Below are positions 62,206 to 64,000 of a stretch of 64,000 nucleotides of DNA, piece by piece. The position numbers were made by a program, and so were the translations under genes. The stretch's first letter is position 1. The number at the start of each line of letters is the position of its first letter. This stretch comes from Euglena gracilis (lineage: Eukaryota): NCBI GenBank assembly GCA_039621445.1, contig CP154954.1, positions 22,518,954 to 22,582,953 on the forward strand. Reading direction: 5' to 3'. The notes below the pieces were generated by a model, which was not told the origin of the DNA, ran no database searches, and saw only the letters and a list, made by a program, of their open reading frames with translations.

Positions 62206-63504
62206 TTGGTGATTCAGCCCCCCCCCTCTGGCCTCCATTGAGGGAAGTTGTCTCAATGCCAGTGCCCCCCCCCAATTATGAACACCATTCTGCCCCCCCC
62301 CCCCAGCTCACCAACCCCTGCCCGCCCTGGGGGCTGAACGGCAATCAGAAACCCCATGAGCGTACTGCCATACACACATGGCTGCTTGGGATAACACATT
62401 GGCAAAATGTGTGGGATCAGGAAAATAAAAATCAACACTTATGAATGGGTGATGCGAAAGATTTTGTGGGAACTCTGCTGAGTTGCTGCCGGGGGGGGGG
62501 GGGAGTGGTGACTGGATCCCCCCAGGGGGTCCGGTTTTAGAAGGCAGTTGTTCTCAAGGCTGTCGCAACAATAAGAAGGGGGGCAGTCCAAAATTTCTTT
62601 TGAAATTGTGGAAAATTTGTGGAAATTTGGGGGAAAAACAAGAAAAATTGATATTGGGAGTGTACACATTTCTGCTGGAGGGGCTTTCGCCTCCTCCTCT
62701 GGTTTTTTTCATTTTGCAACATTAGTGTAAGCTTTGCTTTCTCACCCCCCCCAGAAAACACACATGATTTTTTACCATGTCACAGCATTCGTTGGCTGAA
62801 AAACCCAAAAAAGGAAAAAAAGAAATTGACGAAAAGTTCAGGTCAGAATGTGGAATATGTCTATGTGGAATTTGTCAAGTCGAAATTATTTCTGGGCAGA
62901 AATTAAAAAAAAAACCTTAAAAATGCTAAAAACTAAATGCCAAAATTTGCAAACTTTGGAAAACTTGCAACCAAGTGACAAAAAAGGCACCTGGGTTGGA
63001 ACATGAAACATTCAAGGAATGGCCGGATGAAAGGAGGGAATCAAAGGAGGAAAAGAAAAATTAAATTTTGGAAAAATTGTAAAAATTTGCTGAAAATGGC
63101 GGAATTTGCAGAAAATTGCGAAATCTGCGAAAAATAACCCCTGCAGGGTCCCATGGCTAGAAAAGGGGGGGGGAGACGGGTGTTGGGGTCACCTGACCAG
63201 AACCCAAAAACGGGAGTAAAAGCATGACTCCAGCTGGGTTAGGATTTGTCGACCAAAATTTTAAAACCTCAAAAACCTTCAAAAAATGCCACTTTGGCCA
63301 TTTTAACCCATTTTCAACTTTCAAAGTTGCGACGAGACTTTATCAGTCCAGCCCAGGCGAAGCCGGCGAAGCCAGGCCCAACTGTATTTCTACTGACCCC
63401 CCCCTCCAGGGGGAGGTCCGCAGCCCAGCAGGGAGGTGCTAACTGGGGAGGTGCAAGCTGGAACGCCCCCCCCCCCGACTAGGAGAGTGAGGAACCAATT
63501 TGGC

Positions 63505-63656
63505 CTCGAGGGCCAGGGCAGCCGAGCCGAAGGGCAGGAGGGGGACCCTTGGGGAAGAGCCCCGCTGGCCGGCCGTGGAGGGAGTCGGACCGCACGCGCT
63601 GCATGGGGGCGTCGGGGGGCGCCGGGCACGCCGGGGGGTCCGGCATGGGCGGGCAC
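63505..63656 (-). CDS. Candidate Pro-rich upstream exon of gene 2 (CPPMPDPPACPAPPDAPMQRVRSDSLHGRPAGLFPKGPPPALRLG)
   Basis: Long C-rich tract ending ccgcag followed by a GC-rich open frame; donor not defined. Confidence 0.35.
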
Positions 63657-64000
63657 TGCGGCGGCAGCGTTGGGGCCGGAGGGCGGCCGGGGGGGGGGGA
63701 GGGCGGGGGGGGGGAGGGGGACGAAGGGACGGCGGCCGAACAACGGCAGAGCCCCTGTCCCCCCGGGGGGGGAGGGGGCAAACAGCCACAGTGCACACAG
63801 GGGGAGGGGGGCTGTCAAACAGAGTTCAGGGCGGCTTCCAGGGGACAGAACATCCAGGTTCAGCTCACAAGACAACGTTGGCTTCACCTACATGCCTGCC
63901 CCCCACCAATCAATTGCCCTTGATATTTGGCATCAGTGGACCTAATTGCCTGTACCGTTTGACTGCAAACGGTTATCTTTGAGAATTAATATATAAAAAA

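Overview
Eukaryotic, repeat-saturated genomic DNA, most likely from a euglenid (Euglena-like). This is inferred from short GC-rich exons, kb-scale introns, GC-AG donors and one apparent non-conventional, stem-closed intron. None of the listed six-frame ORFs is a complete gene. By matching splice sites and codon phase by hand I reconstruct three minus-strand genes. Gene 1 has 18 phase-consistent exons between 19812 and 288, plus a possible first exon at 23996-23856. It encodes a protist-type protein with an N-terminal PFU-like motif and repeated 'F/W-x-P-x-I/L...S-x-x-LA...VF/VH-x-x-L' units. Gene 2 is the 3' end of a PP2C-like gene (58934-57974). Gene 3 is a weaker model (core 42032-36394). 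Introns and intergenic DNA are filled with DNA transposons: a decayed CGGBP1-like hAT element with its transposase, many hAT MITEs with CAG...CTG ends and 8-bp target-site duplications (TSDs), and TA-flanked MITEs. There are also a probable non-LTR retroelement remnant and microsatellites. The most interesting signal is that the hAT MITE geometry (8-bp TSD + CAG...CTG) exactly matches euglenid non-conventional intron geometry (3 nt + 5 nt = 8). The non-conventional intron at 19092-17110 still shows a degenerate 8-bp TSD.
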